Source: an uncultured Pirellulaceae bacterium (GTDB lineage Bacteria; Planctomycetota; Planctomycetia; Pirellulales; Pirellulaceae). Taken from it: a stretch of 64,000 nt of DNA. How positions within the stretch are numbered: the stretch's first letter is position 1; each line of letters opens with the position of its first letter. The stretch covers positions 15,434 through 79,433 of the forward strand of contig CALHPU010000049.1 in NCBI GenBank assembly GCA_938036435.1. Reading direction: 5' to 3'. The translations under genes and the position numbers were made by a program. Positions 28,774 to 37,995 of the stretch are shown here, in pieces. A model generated the notes under the pieces. The model had not been told where the DNA came from and ran no database searches. It worked only from the letters and a program-made list of their open reading frames with translations.

Positions 28774-31700
28774 TCAATTCGTTGTATCTGCCAATGGATT
28801 TACACGGAATGTTTCTACGAGGATGGCGTAAAGAGCCGGCACTACGTAAAGCGTTAAGAGCGTCGCGACCAACAAGCCAAAGATCATTAGCCAAGACATT
28901 CCTTCCCAGAGCGGGCCGCCACTGAGGGCGAGGGGGATCAAGCCTCCGACCGTTGTGGCTGTGGTTAGGAAAATTGGAAGCATTCGCATCTTCCCGGCTT
29001 TCACCAGACACTCGCGAAACTGCTGCTTCGTTAAACCGTTGATTGGGCCGTCGCCTGATGTATCTTCGGCTTTCCGGGCAATCAAGATGTCGGCGAACTC
29101 GATGAAAATAATGCCCGTGTTCAAGACGATTCCGAAAAGAGAAAGCAAACCAAGCTGCGGCATGAATCCAAACAGACTGCCGGTCACCCACAATCCAAAG
29201 AACGCCCCCATCAATGCCATTGGTAACGTCATCAGGATGACGAGCGTCTTTGACCAACCGTTGTACTGAGTGACCAGAATAATGATGATCAGCAGGAACG
29301 AAATCCCGAACGACGTAACCATGTTCGCTCCAGCTTTGACGCTTTCTTCTTTCGCTCCACCAACGACGACGGAATAGCCGGCTGGCAAATCGGATTGTAT
29401 CGCCTGCATTGCGTCGCTGTTGAGCACTCGATCAACGACGTCGTTTCCTGAGAAACCTTCACGAACTTCGGCGGTTACCTTGATCGTTCGATTCGAGTTC
29501 CGACGTTCGATTTTGACGGGCTGGAATACTTGGCCAAGGGTCGCGATTGAATTCAAAGGCAGCTTGCCATTTGAACCTTCAACGTAGGCGGCATCGAGTG
29601 CAGCCAAGTTTTGACGTTGTTCGGGGTTGAGTCGAAAGTAGACGGGCACAACATGATCGTTTTCTCGAAAGCTGGAAAGTTGCAGCCCGGAAAAGTAGGC
29701 ACTGAGTGTGTCCGCAACGTTTTGATTCGTTACCCCTGCCAAGTTTGCTTTTTCAGCGTCGATATCCAGCTCGATTTGAAATCCGTCAACGCCCCAACTG
29801 TCAGCCACATCCCAAGTCCCCGCGTCGTCGTGCAAAACTTTCTTGACTCGTTCCGCAATCTTACGAAGGGTATCAATGTCTGCAAATCCGTCCCCACTGA
29901 CTCGTAACTCGATCGCGGGTGCGGGCGGGCCGAGTGACAGCTCTTTGGGAATGATCCGAGCTCCTGCGATTGGTTGTAGGTTAAGTTTAGCATCCCCTTG
30001 AGCGCTCACTCGACGAATGTCGCGAAGAAGAGTTTTGGTTTGCTTGGCATCGTTGGTTTGGATCAGGACCTCCGCAACGTTCGATCCGGGTGATGGTGGA
30101 TCAACCGTCAACGCCCAGCGAGAACCACCGCGTCCAATCATGCAACGCATATTACGAACCCGCTCAACCGTCGTCCCAGATTCGTCAACTTGTGGGCTAA
30201 GCTCTTTTATCATTGACTCGAGTCGAGCCACCGTTTCGCTTGTCTGATTGATCGTTGCTGTTTCGGGCAAAATGACGTTAACGAAAAATTGATCGCGACG
30301 ATCTTGTGGAAAGAACTCTTGGCCGAACGGCAACTGCATTGAGCCCACCAATAGGGCGATGGTAATTGCTACCGTAACCCACTTGAATTTCACAGCGACG
30401 CCCACTGTAAGGCCATAGATCTTCAAAATGAAATTGTCGTCACTTCCGGCGTCCCCGTTGCCGGGCCTGCCAGCCTCACCATTGCCGGGGCAAATTGCCT
30501 CATCGTCATCGTTGCGGGGGCTGCCAGCCTCCTTTGTTGCACTGGGAGGCAAGCTGCCTCCCCAACGGCCGCGTGACACGATGTGCAGGCATTTATGCCA
30601 AACTTTGCCGCCCATGTAGCCCAACCAAGGCAGCGGTGCACTTGGCCGATCGGGGTTCTTTGGAGCCCTAATAAATGCAGCAGCCAAAATGACGCAAACC
30701 GTCATTGCCAGAAACCAGCTGAGCAACAGAGTCACCGACAACGTCACAGGCAAGCTGTAGACGTATTCCTTTGAACTTCCTTGCAAAGCGATCAACATCG
30801 GAATGAAAACGGCAACGGTCGTCAAAGTGCCGGTCAGCATCGGCAAAGCAAGCGTCCGAGCTCCTTCAACCGCCGCATCGTCTGGAGACATCCCATCTAG
30901 AATATTTGATCGTGTTTGGTCGCAGACCTGAACCGCGTTGTCGACCAGCAACCCCAAAGCAATGATGATGGAAGCCAGCGAGATTTGTTCCAGCTGAATG
31001 CCGAGCTGATTGATGATCGCAATTGAACCGAGCACAACGATCGGAATGTTTGCCGCCATTACCAATGAAGTTCGCAACCCAACGAACAGGAAGACGACGA
31101 TAACAACAATTACAATCGCCGAGATTACATTGGAGACCACATCATTGATTTTTCCTGATACGTTGATCGCTTGATTCGAGATCGGGCGAATTTCAAGATC
31201 GGCAGGAAGCGTCTGCTCAAAATTTACCAGTCGATCAATTCGATCGGTGCAGCGGTTGCAGACGTCGATGATGTTTTGGCCAGACTTCATCGTCACGCCC
31301 AGCATCACACAAGGAAAACTTCCGCGCTCATCGGTAAAGCGTGACATGATATCGGGCGGATCAACATAGGAACGCTCAACCTTCAAACCAAGATCTCCAA
31401 GCCGAACTTGCCTGACAGGGATTGTCTTGCCTGAGGCGTCTTGTCCACCACCGGCTGCGATCGTGATCGACTCGATCTCTTTGACAGCGTTCAAGTCGCC
31501 GCTGGGCTTGACGTTGTAAGACCCCTGAGCCGTTTCGATGCTTCCGCCTGAGGCGATCGTGTTCCTCTGATCCACTAAGCCACGGAGTTCATCAGTGGTC
31601 AGCCCAATCTGTGACCAGTTCCCAATTTCAGTTTCAACATAAATCGCTTCGTTACGGACGCCGTACTTATCGACCGAGGCGACACCGTCCAGCAATCGAA

Positions 31701-32226
31701 TCGCTGCCCGGACTTGATCAGCAAAGACTTCCAGTTGCCGAGGCGAGTACTGATGTTCCGGGTGAACTTCCGATTCGCCGGGCAGCGGAACCTGATAGAT
31801 GCCCATAACCAGAATCGAAGTATCACCAAAGTTGGAGTTTACCACCGGACGAACGGATTGGCTTGGCATCCGTACCAGTTCAACTTCGCTGCGGACTTTG
31901 TCCCATACGTTATCAATTGTTGCTTTGGTGATGCTGTCTTCGCCGTCAACATTGATTGTCGACAGTCCGTTGATCGTCGTCGACGCAATCTTGTTGACTT
32001 CGCTGATCCGCGCGATCGCACGTTCAAGCGGTTCAGTGACCAACTCTTCTACCTTGCTGGCGGGTGTGCCGGGCCACGAGGTCGAAACAACGCACGATCG
32101 GATCGTGAATTCCGGATCTTCACGCCGTGGCATCGTCTGAAAAGTAAACATGCCGTACGCGACCAGCATCACGACAAGAGTCAGGACGACGGGGCGATAC
32201 TTCATTGCCAAAGCGGCGATATTCAT
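28774..32226 (-). CDS. RND efflux transporter permease (AcrB/AcrD/AcrF family)
   Basis: 1150 aa with a 12-TM RND layout: MPRREDP, GLLVDNAV, RMLPIFLTTATTVGGLIPL and LTLYVVPALY. Confidence 0.93.
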   Translation of the reverse strand: MNIAALAMKYRPVVLTLVVMLVAYGMFTFQTMPRREDPEFTIRSCVVSTSWPGTPASKVEELVTEPLERAIARISEVNKIASTTINGLSTINVDGEDSITKATIDNVWDKVRSEVELVRMPSQSVRPVVNSNFGDTSILVMGIYQVPLPGESEVHPEHQYSPRQLEVFADQVRAAIRLLDGVASVDKYGVRNEAIYVETEIGNWSQIGLTTDELRGLVDQRNTIASGGSIETAQGSYNVKPSGDLNAVKEIESITIAAGGGQDASGKTIPVRQVRLGDLGLKVERSYVDPPDIMSRFTDERGSFPCVMLGVTMKSGQNIIDVCNRCTDRIDRLVNFEQTLPADLEIRPISNQAINVSGKINDVVSNVISAIVIVVIVVFLFVGLRTSLVMAANIPIVVLGSIAIINQLGIQLEQISLASIIIALGLLVDNAVQVCDQTRSNILDGMSPDDAAVEGARTLALPMLTGTLTTVAVFIPMLIALQGSSKEYVYSLPVTLSVTLLLSWFLAMTVCVILAAAFIRAPKNPDRPSAPLPWLGYMGGKVWHKCLHIVSRGRWGGSLPPSATKEAGSPRNDDDEAICPGNGEAGRPGNGDAGSDDNFILKIYGLTVGVAVKFKWVTVAITIALLVGSMQLPFGQEFFPQDRRDQFFVNVILPETATINQTSETVARLESMIKELSPQVDESGTTVERVRNMRCMIGRGGSRWALTVDPPSPGSNVAEVLIQTNDAKQTKTLLRDIRRVSAQGDAKLNLQPIAGARIIPKELSLGPPAPAIELRVSGDGFADIDTLRKIAERVKKVLHDDAGTWDVADSWGVDGFQIELDIDAEKANLAGVTNQNVADTLSAYFSGLQLSSFRENDHVVPVYFRLNPEQRQNLAALDAAYVEGSNGKLPLNSIATLGQVFQPVKIERRNSNRTIKVTAEVREGFSGNDVVDRVLNSDAMQAIQSDLPAGYSVVVGGAKEESVKAGANMVTSFGISFLLIIIILVTQYNGWSKTLVILMTLPMALMGAFFGLWVTGSLFGFMPQLGLLSLFGIVLNTGIIFIEFADILIARKAEDTSGDGPINGLTKQQFRECLVKAGKMRMLPIFLTTATTVGGLIPLALSGGPLWEGMSWLMIFGLLVATLLTLYVVPALYAILVETFRVNPLADTTN
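30456..30567. repeat. REP/REPIN cluster lying in frame inside the RND permease CDS
   Basis: CGTTGCGGGGGCTGCCAGCCTCC (30510-30532), inverted partner GGGAGGCAAGCTGCCTCCCCAACG (30544-30567), and a degenerate copy at 30456-30477. Confidence 0.7.
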
Positions 32227-32285
32227 TTTGAAGATTTCGCTAAAGTGTTATACTGGTGTGAATGTTTCCGACAGTAGTTTGCCCG

Positions 32286-32346
32286 CGTTGTGAAGGCTGC
32301 CAGCCTTCATCGAGAAACAGCATGATGGCTGCCAGCCTTCGCAACG
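32286..32346. repeat. REPIN (inverted REP pair) upstream of the RAYT
   Basis: CGTTGTGAAGGCTGCCAGCCTTC ... GATGGCTGCCAGCCTTCGCAACG. Confidence 0.88.
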
Positions 32347-32402
32347 AGAACAGAAACGGGAAAACGAGGCAATCCTCTAATCATAGTTGCTAAGGCAGTT
32401 CA

Positions 32403-33152
32403 ATGGACGTCGATGGAATTGTAACTCGCGGCGGTGCTTTGCCGCATTGGTACATGCCCGGATTCGCTCACTTTGTGACCTACCGGCTGTTTGACACCAT
32501 CCCTAAAGTTAGACTTCAGGAAATGGCGCAGCGACGATCGGCCCGAATCGAGTCGCCGCAAGATTTTGGTTTGCCGGTCGAATGCAGCAGAGCGGCCGCT
32601 CACAAATTGTTCTTTCGCGAATTCGATGAAGCGTTGGAAACCAACACGAATTCGAATCGACGCTGGCTTGAGCAACCTGAGATTGCTAAAGTCGTTCGCG
32701 AAAACTTGCACCATCACCACGGATCGCTCTACGAATTGCTTGCTTGGTGCATCATGCCGAATCATGTACACATTTTGATTCAACCGTTTGAGTCGACTGA
32801 GTTGCCGGATCAGACCACTACTGATCACGATTCTGTATGCTCGGATGAGGTTGCCGATGCCGCGTCGCCATTGAGCCGGATCATGCATAGCCTGAAAAGC
32901 TACACGGCAAATGAAGCGAATCGGTTGCTGGGGCGAACAGGAACTTTTTGGCAACGTGAATCCTATGATCATTGGGTTAGGGACTTGGATGAGCTGGAAC
33001 GGATTGTCGATTACATTCGGTTAAATCCTGTCAAAGCAGGTTTGTGCAAACTGGCGCACGAATGGGTTTTTTCGTCAGCGCATGATCGGTTTTGCCTTGA
33101 TGGGGCTGAGTGTGGTTTGGTTGGGAAACTGCGTGATGATTGGCGAAGGTAA
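32403..33152 (+). mobile_element. REP-associated tyrosine transposase (RAYT / TnpA-REP, HUH Y1 family)
   Basis: LPHW, HFVTYRL, HUH motif MPNHVHIL, LKSYTA, FWQRESYDHWVR and catalytic YIRLNPVKAGL. Flanked on both sides by REP palindromes. Confidence 0.92.
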
Positions 33153-33160
33153 GGTGCCTC

Positions 33161-33287
33161 CCGTAGTGAAGGCTGCCAGCCTTCAATTGCCTAGACAACG
33201 TCTGCCAGCCTTCAATCGCCTAGACAACGTCTGCCAGCGCTGCCAGCCTTCAATCATGTGGAGGAAGGCTGGCAGCCTTCACTACGG
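33161..33287. repeat. REPIN downstream of the RAYT, with an internal 29-bp tandem duplication
   Basis: CCGTAGTGAAGGCTGCCAGCCTTC (33161-33184) and its exact inverse (33264-33287). CTGCCAGCCTTCAATYGCCTAGACAACGT occurs twice between them. Confidence 0.9.
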
Positions 33288-34956
33288 TTACTTGCTGCCC
33301 TTCGATCAAGAAGTGAGCACCCTTTGTGACGTACCGCTTGCCGACGATTGGCTCTTTGCTTGCCGGACGAATTTGGCGAACCGACGAAGTTGATTCACCA
33401 GACTTGGTTGGCAACAACACAACTTCCACTCGATTAACCGTTGCGTCGTTGCCACTGCCGGAAACAACCGCGAGAAAGGTTCGATCGCCCTGATGAATCA
33501 CAGCGTCCATTGGGACAAACAATCCTTCTGCCGATTCCTGTTGAGACAAATCGACTTGAACGATGTCGCCCGGACGGATCGCCCACTGCCGTTTAGCTTC
33601 GATGCGAACTTGATTGCCATTGAACTGTTTCGCTTGTTCTGGCGACAGCGAAAGCTTACCTGCGACAAACGTTCTCTTAAGATCAATCGAATCGTCCATC
33701 ACTTTGATTTGACGAAACAACCAACTGCCAAGAAACGGAAGCTGCAACGATTCTTTCTCGATGCGAAGCTTTGAAACGGTTAACAGACGGTCGTCAGGAA
33801 AGATGTCACCCATCTGCAAGTTGTCAACTTTCCAAACGTAGCTGCCCAACTCGTCGTCAAGGATGGCATCTTCGGCGATAAAATTCATTCCCTCAGTTTC
33901 GCCGGGCAAGAAATCGTACTTCATTGGCCAGACATCAACCACCGATGGAATGGAGGACGAATCTGTTGAACTGTCCGAACGATCTGCGACATTTTCGTTT
34001 TTAATCAGCACCGTGACGGTAAACGTTCGCGTTGCTGAATCGGCCGTCGAGTCGATTTGATATAGGTAACCAACGTCCGGTTTCTTCGTGCCATTTTCGC
34101 CAGAAATAAACACAGGCACATTCTGACGGTTTCGGAGCAGTCGCGAATCGTCAGCCGAAACTTCAAACTCGACTTTGATGGGATTCATCATTTGCACGGT
34201 AGCGACTGGATTGCCTGCCCCGACAAAACTGCCGGGAACAACGGACACGTCCGCAATCTGGCCTCTGAACGAAGAGTACAACTCGCAATTGGCGAGATTG
34301 CGTTGTGCTTCCTGTAACGCTTGGTCTGCGATGTCAACCTGCAGCTTGATCGACTTTAGCTCGGCTTCTTTAGCCTTTTGCGTCGACTTTAGTTGTTCGA
34401 TTTTCGACAATGCGTTTTGGTAGTTGGCTTCTGCTTTGTCCGCGTCCGCCTGAGCGCCCGCGTTGCGTTGAACAAGTCGGTTTCGGCGATCGCGGTCAAC
34501 TTCGGCAAGCTTAAGATCGGCGTCAGCCGCTTTGAACTGTGCCGGGAAGCTTTTTTCCAGCTCGGTCTCAGCGGCCGCAACGCTCTGCTCGGCCCGCGAT
34601 AGTTCCGCTTTGGCTTGCTCAACTTGTAGGCGATACTTTTCCGACTTAATCCGAGCGATCGGTTCGCCGGGAATCACAACGACATTGTTGCTGTCAACGA
34701 TATGCCCCTCGACGTTGGCATTTGGCTCGATGACCCATTCAATTCGACCACTGATTTCAAAACCAATTTGCTCGGACTTCCACGAAGCCGCCGAGGCCGT
34801 CACGATGCGACGATCGCTGGGTGCTTGCATCGTAAGAGTCGCAACCTCGACTGGGCGCGGCGGTTTTTCTTTGGGCGCCTCTTGCGTTTGCTTGCAGCCA
34901 TTAAGCAACAACGCCATGCAAAGTGCAAAACAGACAGGTAGCTTGTTCATTTCCAT
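33250..34956 (-). CDS. RND efflux periplasmic adaptor subunit (lipoprotein)
   Basis: Lipobox LLLNGC, RPVEV, long alpha-hairpin, SSFRGQI, TRTFTV and VPMDAV. Confidence 0.88.
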   Translation of the reverse strand: MEMNKLPVCFALCMALLLNGCKQTQEAPKEKPPRPVEVATLTMQAPSDRRIVTASAASWKSEQIGFEISGRIEWVIEPNANVEGHIVDSNNVVVIPGEPIARIKSEKYRLQVEQAKAELSRAEQSVAAAETELEKSFPAQFKAADADLKLAEVDRDRRNRLVQRNAGAQADADKAEANYQNALSKIEQLKSTQKAKEAELKSIKLQVDIADQALQEAQRNLANCELYSSFRGQIADVSVVPGSFVGAGNPVATVQMMNPIKVEFEVSADDSRLLRNRQNVPVFISGENGTKKPDVGYLYQIDSTADSATRTFTVTVLIKNENVADRSDSSTDSSSIPSVVDVWPMKYDFLPGETEGMNFIAEDAILDDELGSYVWKVDNLQMGDIFPDDRLLTVSKLRIEKESLQLPFLGSWLFRQIKVMDDSIDLKRTFVAGKLSLSPEQAKQFNGNQVRIEAKRQWAIRPGDIVQVDLSQQESAEGLFVPMDAVIHQGDRTFLAVVSGSGNDATVNRVEVVLLPTKSGESTSSVRQIRPASKEPIVGKRYVTKGAHFLIEGQQVTVVKAASLPPHD

Positions 34957-35100
34957 TCGATCCTGCTGTTAAGTTGTGACGGTTGGCGAAGGGTGGACTG
35001 CTACGCTGGCAATCCTCATTCTATGGCTCGCAGCGTTCGGGTTTTACAGATTACGACCATTGCATGAATCATGCCGATGGTATGAACGGATACCTGCGCA

Positions 35101-35149
35101 GGGAAGCTGGCAGCTTCCCCAACGTTCGTTGCGAAGGCTGCCAGCCTTC
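35101..35149. repeat. REP pair in the divergent adaptor/OMF intergenic region
   Basis: GGGAAGCTGGCAGCTTCCCCAACG (inverted) next to CGTTGCGAAGGCTGCCAGCCTTC. Confidence 0.82.
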
Positions 35150-35222
35150 CTGACATTGAAACCCACTGTCCACATCGCCCAACTATCAATCTTAGTTGAA
35201 CCACCCCGGGAATAAACCAGAA

Positions 35223-36806
35223 ATGAGCTTTACCAAGCCACCATTTCGAACCTTACTTACGTTGCTGGTTTGTCTTGGTTTGTCGGCAAGCATTGGCTGC
35301 AGCAGTCTTGAGTATTGGCGAAACAACGGATTCAAAGTCGGCCCCAACTATTGTCCGCCAACTGCTCCCGTTGCCTCCGAGTTCAGTCAACAGAGCTCTC
35401 CGTTCATTCGCAACGACCAAGTGCTTGACCCCCAGTGGTGGCTCGTATTCAATGACCCGGATTTGAACGTATTGATTGAGTCACTTTGTGAGCAAAACCT
35501 CACACTTAAACAAGCGGCATGGCGGATCGAAGAATCCCGAGCTTTGCTGGTGGCTCAAACCACAACGTTGTTGCCGCAACAAAACTTTGCATCGGGTGCT
35601 TACTCGCGAAACCAAAACAATGCGTTAGGGCCGCCCGTTTCTTCGGATCGCTGGTCGTTCGGGTACAGCTCGGCATGGGAGCTGGATCTGTGGGGAAAGA
35701 TTCGTCGCAATATTGATGCTTCGCAGGCGCAGCTTGATGCCTCGGTAAAAGACTACGACTTCGCTTTGGTCTCGTTGATCGGCGACGTCGCATCGCTTTA
35801 CATTCAAATTCGCTCGCTTGAAGAACGCATCGCGTTGGCTCAACAGAACATCGAATCGTTCAAAGGGAGCTTGAACGTTGCCAAGGCTCGCGAAGAAGAA
35901 GACGTCGCATCGCCGCTGGATGTCGTGCAAGCCGAATCAAATTTGCTTTTGACTCAAGCGTCCATTCCACGCTTGGAATTCGCGAGGCTGCAAGCGCTGA
36001 AGTCACTGTCGGTCCTGCTTGGGATTCCGCCAAGCGAGATCAATTCATTGGGCAACGCCGGAGTCTTACCAGAGATCCCCCGCGAAGTCATTATTGGCAT
36101 TCCCGCCGAACTCCTCACTCGCCGTCCCGACATTCGCGCGGCTGAGCGGAACTTGAAAGCCAATTTTGAGGCAATCGGAATCACAGAAGCCGAGTTGTAT
36201 CCATCGCTTTCAATCAGCGGTAACCTTGGATACGCCTCGGGTGAGTTCCGCGACTTGTTTTCCACGTCCGCATTCAACGGCGGCATTGGGCCAGCGTTCA
36301 ATTGGAACGTCTTGAACTTCGGTCGCATCAAGCAACAGGTTCGCGCCAGTGAGGCTCGTTTCAATCAATTGAAACTGGACTTTGAGAATCGCGTCTTGTC
36401 CGCACAACAAGAAGTCGAAACGTCTATGATCGAGTTCATTAAGACGCACGAGGAATACGAGTTCAATCTCGCCAACGAAAAAGCCACCCGAGAAGCCGCC
36501 CGTATCGGACTCGAACAGTACAAGGCAGGCGATGTCGACTTCGGCCGCGTCTTCGTCGTCCAGTCAAATCTCGTCCAAGCCCAAGACGCGTTGGTCGCCA
36601 ACCGTGCCTCGATTGCTTTGGCTCTTATCAATACCTACCGTTCATTGGGCGGCGGTTGGGAGTTCCGATGTGCACCCGGTTCAGAAAGCCAAGCATTTCC
36701 AATGGTCGATTCGATCAGCACATCGCCCTCAAGTGACACGCAACCCGCAGTTCATAAAATCGTCCCCATCAACGCCGGTCTGCTCGAAGACGCCGCTCCG
36801 AATTGA
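35223..36806 (+). CDS. NodT/OprM-family outer membrane efflux lipoprotein
   Basis: Lipobox-like SIGC, VGPNY, WWLVFNDP.L, WELDLWG.IRR, RRPDIRAAE, LYPSLSI and YRSLGGGW. Confidence 0.92.
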   Translation: MSFTKPPFRTLLTLLVCLGLSASIGCSSLEYWRNNGFKVGPNYCPPTAPVASEFSQQSSPFIRNDQVLDPQWWLVFNDPDLNVLIESLCEQNLTLKQAAWRIEESRALLVAQTTTLLPQQNFASGAYSRNQNNALGPPVSSDRWSFGYSSAWELDLWGKIRRNIDASQAQLDASVKDYDFALVSLIGDVASLYIQIRSLEERIALAQQNIESFKGSLNVAKAREEEDVASPLDVVQAESNLLLTQASIPRLEFARLQALKSLSVLLGIPPSEINSLGNAGVLPEIPREVIIGIPAELLTRRPDIRAAERNLKANFEAIGITEAELYPSLSISGNLGYASGEFRDLFSTSAFNGGIGPAFNWNVLNFGRIKQQVRASEARFNQLKLDFENRVLSAQQEVETSMIEFIKTHEEYEFNLANEKATREAARIGLEQYKAGDVDFGRVFVVQSNLVQAQDALVANRASIALALINTYRSLGGGWEFRCAPGSESQAFPMVDSISTSPSSDTQPAVHKIVPINAGLLEDAAPN

Positions 36807-36860
36807 GCGACTCGACCGTGTTGGTGGATTTAAGGCGACTGGCAGATAGCAATTCACCAC

Positions 36861-36911
36861 CCGTTGCCGACGCTGCGAGCGTCGGAGCGAAGCTTGCAGC
36901 ATCGCCAACGG
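36861..36911. repeat. REPIN with the same CCGTTG foot but a different stem
   Basis: CCGTTG-CCGACGCT-GCG-AGCGTCGG followed by inverted GCGAAGCTTGCAGCATCGC-CAACGG. Confidence 0.7.
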
Positions 36912-36954
36912 TAAACTCTCAAGTGCCAATCACCTAACGCCCGACATACCGAAG

Positions 36955-37386
36955 CTACCCTTCATCAAACTTGCGTTTCCAAACCCTCTCGACCACAGCG
37001 AACAATAATGCGGTACTCCAGCCGAAGACGAGCAAGCCGGTCATGGCTTGGCACGCACTCAGCATTCGCCAGTGGCCTTCGATGACGATGTCGCCGTAGC
37101 CCAAGGTTGTAAACGTGACGGTTGAAAAGTAGGCGGAGTCTTCGAAATTAGTGAACTTCTCGCCGCCGACGAGATAGCAATAGGCGATCGCCCAGATACC
37201 GGTCTCAACAATGTGTGTCACCAGCAACCATACCGCCGTTAGCACCAGCGCCTTGAGTTCGCCAAATCGAGCTTGAAAACTGGCCGTGCGTCTCCGCAAT
37301 TCGCCGATCAAGTACGAACTGCTGACTGCGTGAATGACAATCGTGGCGATGGCAAGCAAGATCCCGAAGGCGATAGAGAGTATCAT
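36955..37386 (-). CDS. Small potassium-channel-like protein (Ion_trans_2)
   Basis: Pore motif YFSTVTFTTLGYGD between TM helices. Confidence 0.88.
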   Translation of the reverse strand: MILSIAFGILLAIATIVIHAVSSSYLIGELRRRTASFQARFGELKALVLTAVWLLVTHIVETGIWAIAYCYLVGGEKFTNFEDSAYFSTVTFTTLGYGDIVIEGHWRMLSACQAMTGLLVFGWSTALLFAVVERVWKRKFDEG

Positions 37387-37435
37387 GGTGGTTTCGTAAA
37401 ATTCAGCAACGATTCAGTAATCGGTTTCATTTCGC

Positions 37436-37535
37436 CGTTGCGAAGGCTGCCAGCCTTCTTGGTTCAAATTTGAAGGCTGGCAGCCTTCACAACGCGGCTG
37501 GCAGACCTCACAACGCGGCTAGCAGCCTGCACGAC
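37436..37535. repeat. REPIN plus two decaying tandem REP copies
   Basis: CGTTGCGAAGGCTGCCAGCCTTC (37436-37458), inverse (37472-37494), and degenerate copies at 37496-37515 and 37517-37535. Confidence 0.85.
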
Positions 37536-37584
37536 AAGTGAGCCAACACCTCGATTGTAACATGTTAGCCCGAAAGCTTTATCG

Positions 37585-37923
37585 GTGGAAAACCTCGAAC
37601 CAACCGTTGAAATCAGTGACCGCGGGAACTCAGCGTCTGGCAATACCAAAACGTTTTCAATTTCTCAAATCGCCAAGCTTGAGGGAAGCCCGTCTGGGGT
37701 CACGGGGAATTTCGACGAAGACACGCGCGTTCTCCTACGAAATCGTTTGATAGTTGCCGCGGCAACCGCTTTGATTTTTCTACTGGCCATCAAACCGCTT
37801 TCGTTCACCTTCGACAGCTTTCGATGGAGCGACCTGCTGACTCGCAAGGCAGCGTGCTTAGCACTCGCCGCTGCTCTGTCACTGGCTCGTAAGAACCGAA
37901 TCCAGCTAAAAAATCAAAAGTGA
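37585..37923 (+). pseudogene. Possible truncated N-terminal membrane part of a larger protein
   Basis: GTG start. LLRNRLIVAA followed by two TM-like segments, then an abrupt end. Resembles, from memory, the N-termini of planctomycete membrane kinases. Confidence 0.35.
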
Positions 37924-37995
37924 GAAAAGCTTAGCCGTTCGCATCGGAGTGGATTCAGTGACCTGAAAGCTCTTTTCAATATCTCGTGCGGATCT

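Noticed and set aside
32400-32972. 190-aa minus-strand ORF
   Set aside because: Antisense to the motif-supported RAYT.
33161-33287. Repeat-spacer pattern as a mini-CRISPR
   Set aside because: The intervening sequences are near-identical duplicates, and the repeats are REP halves next to a RAYT.
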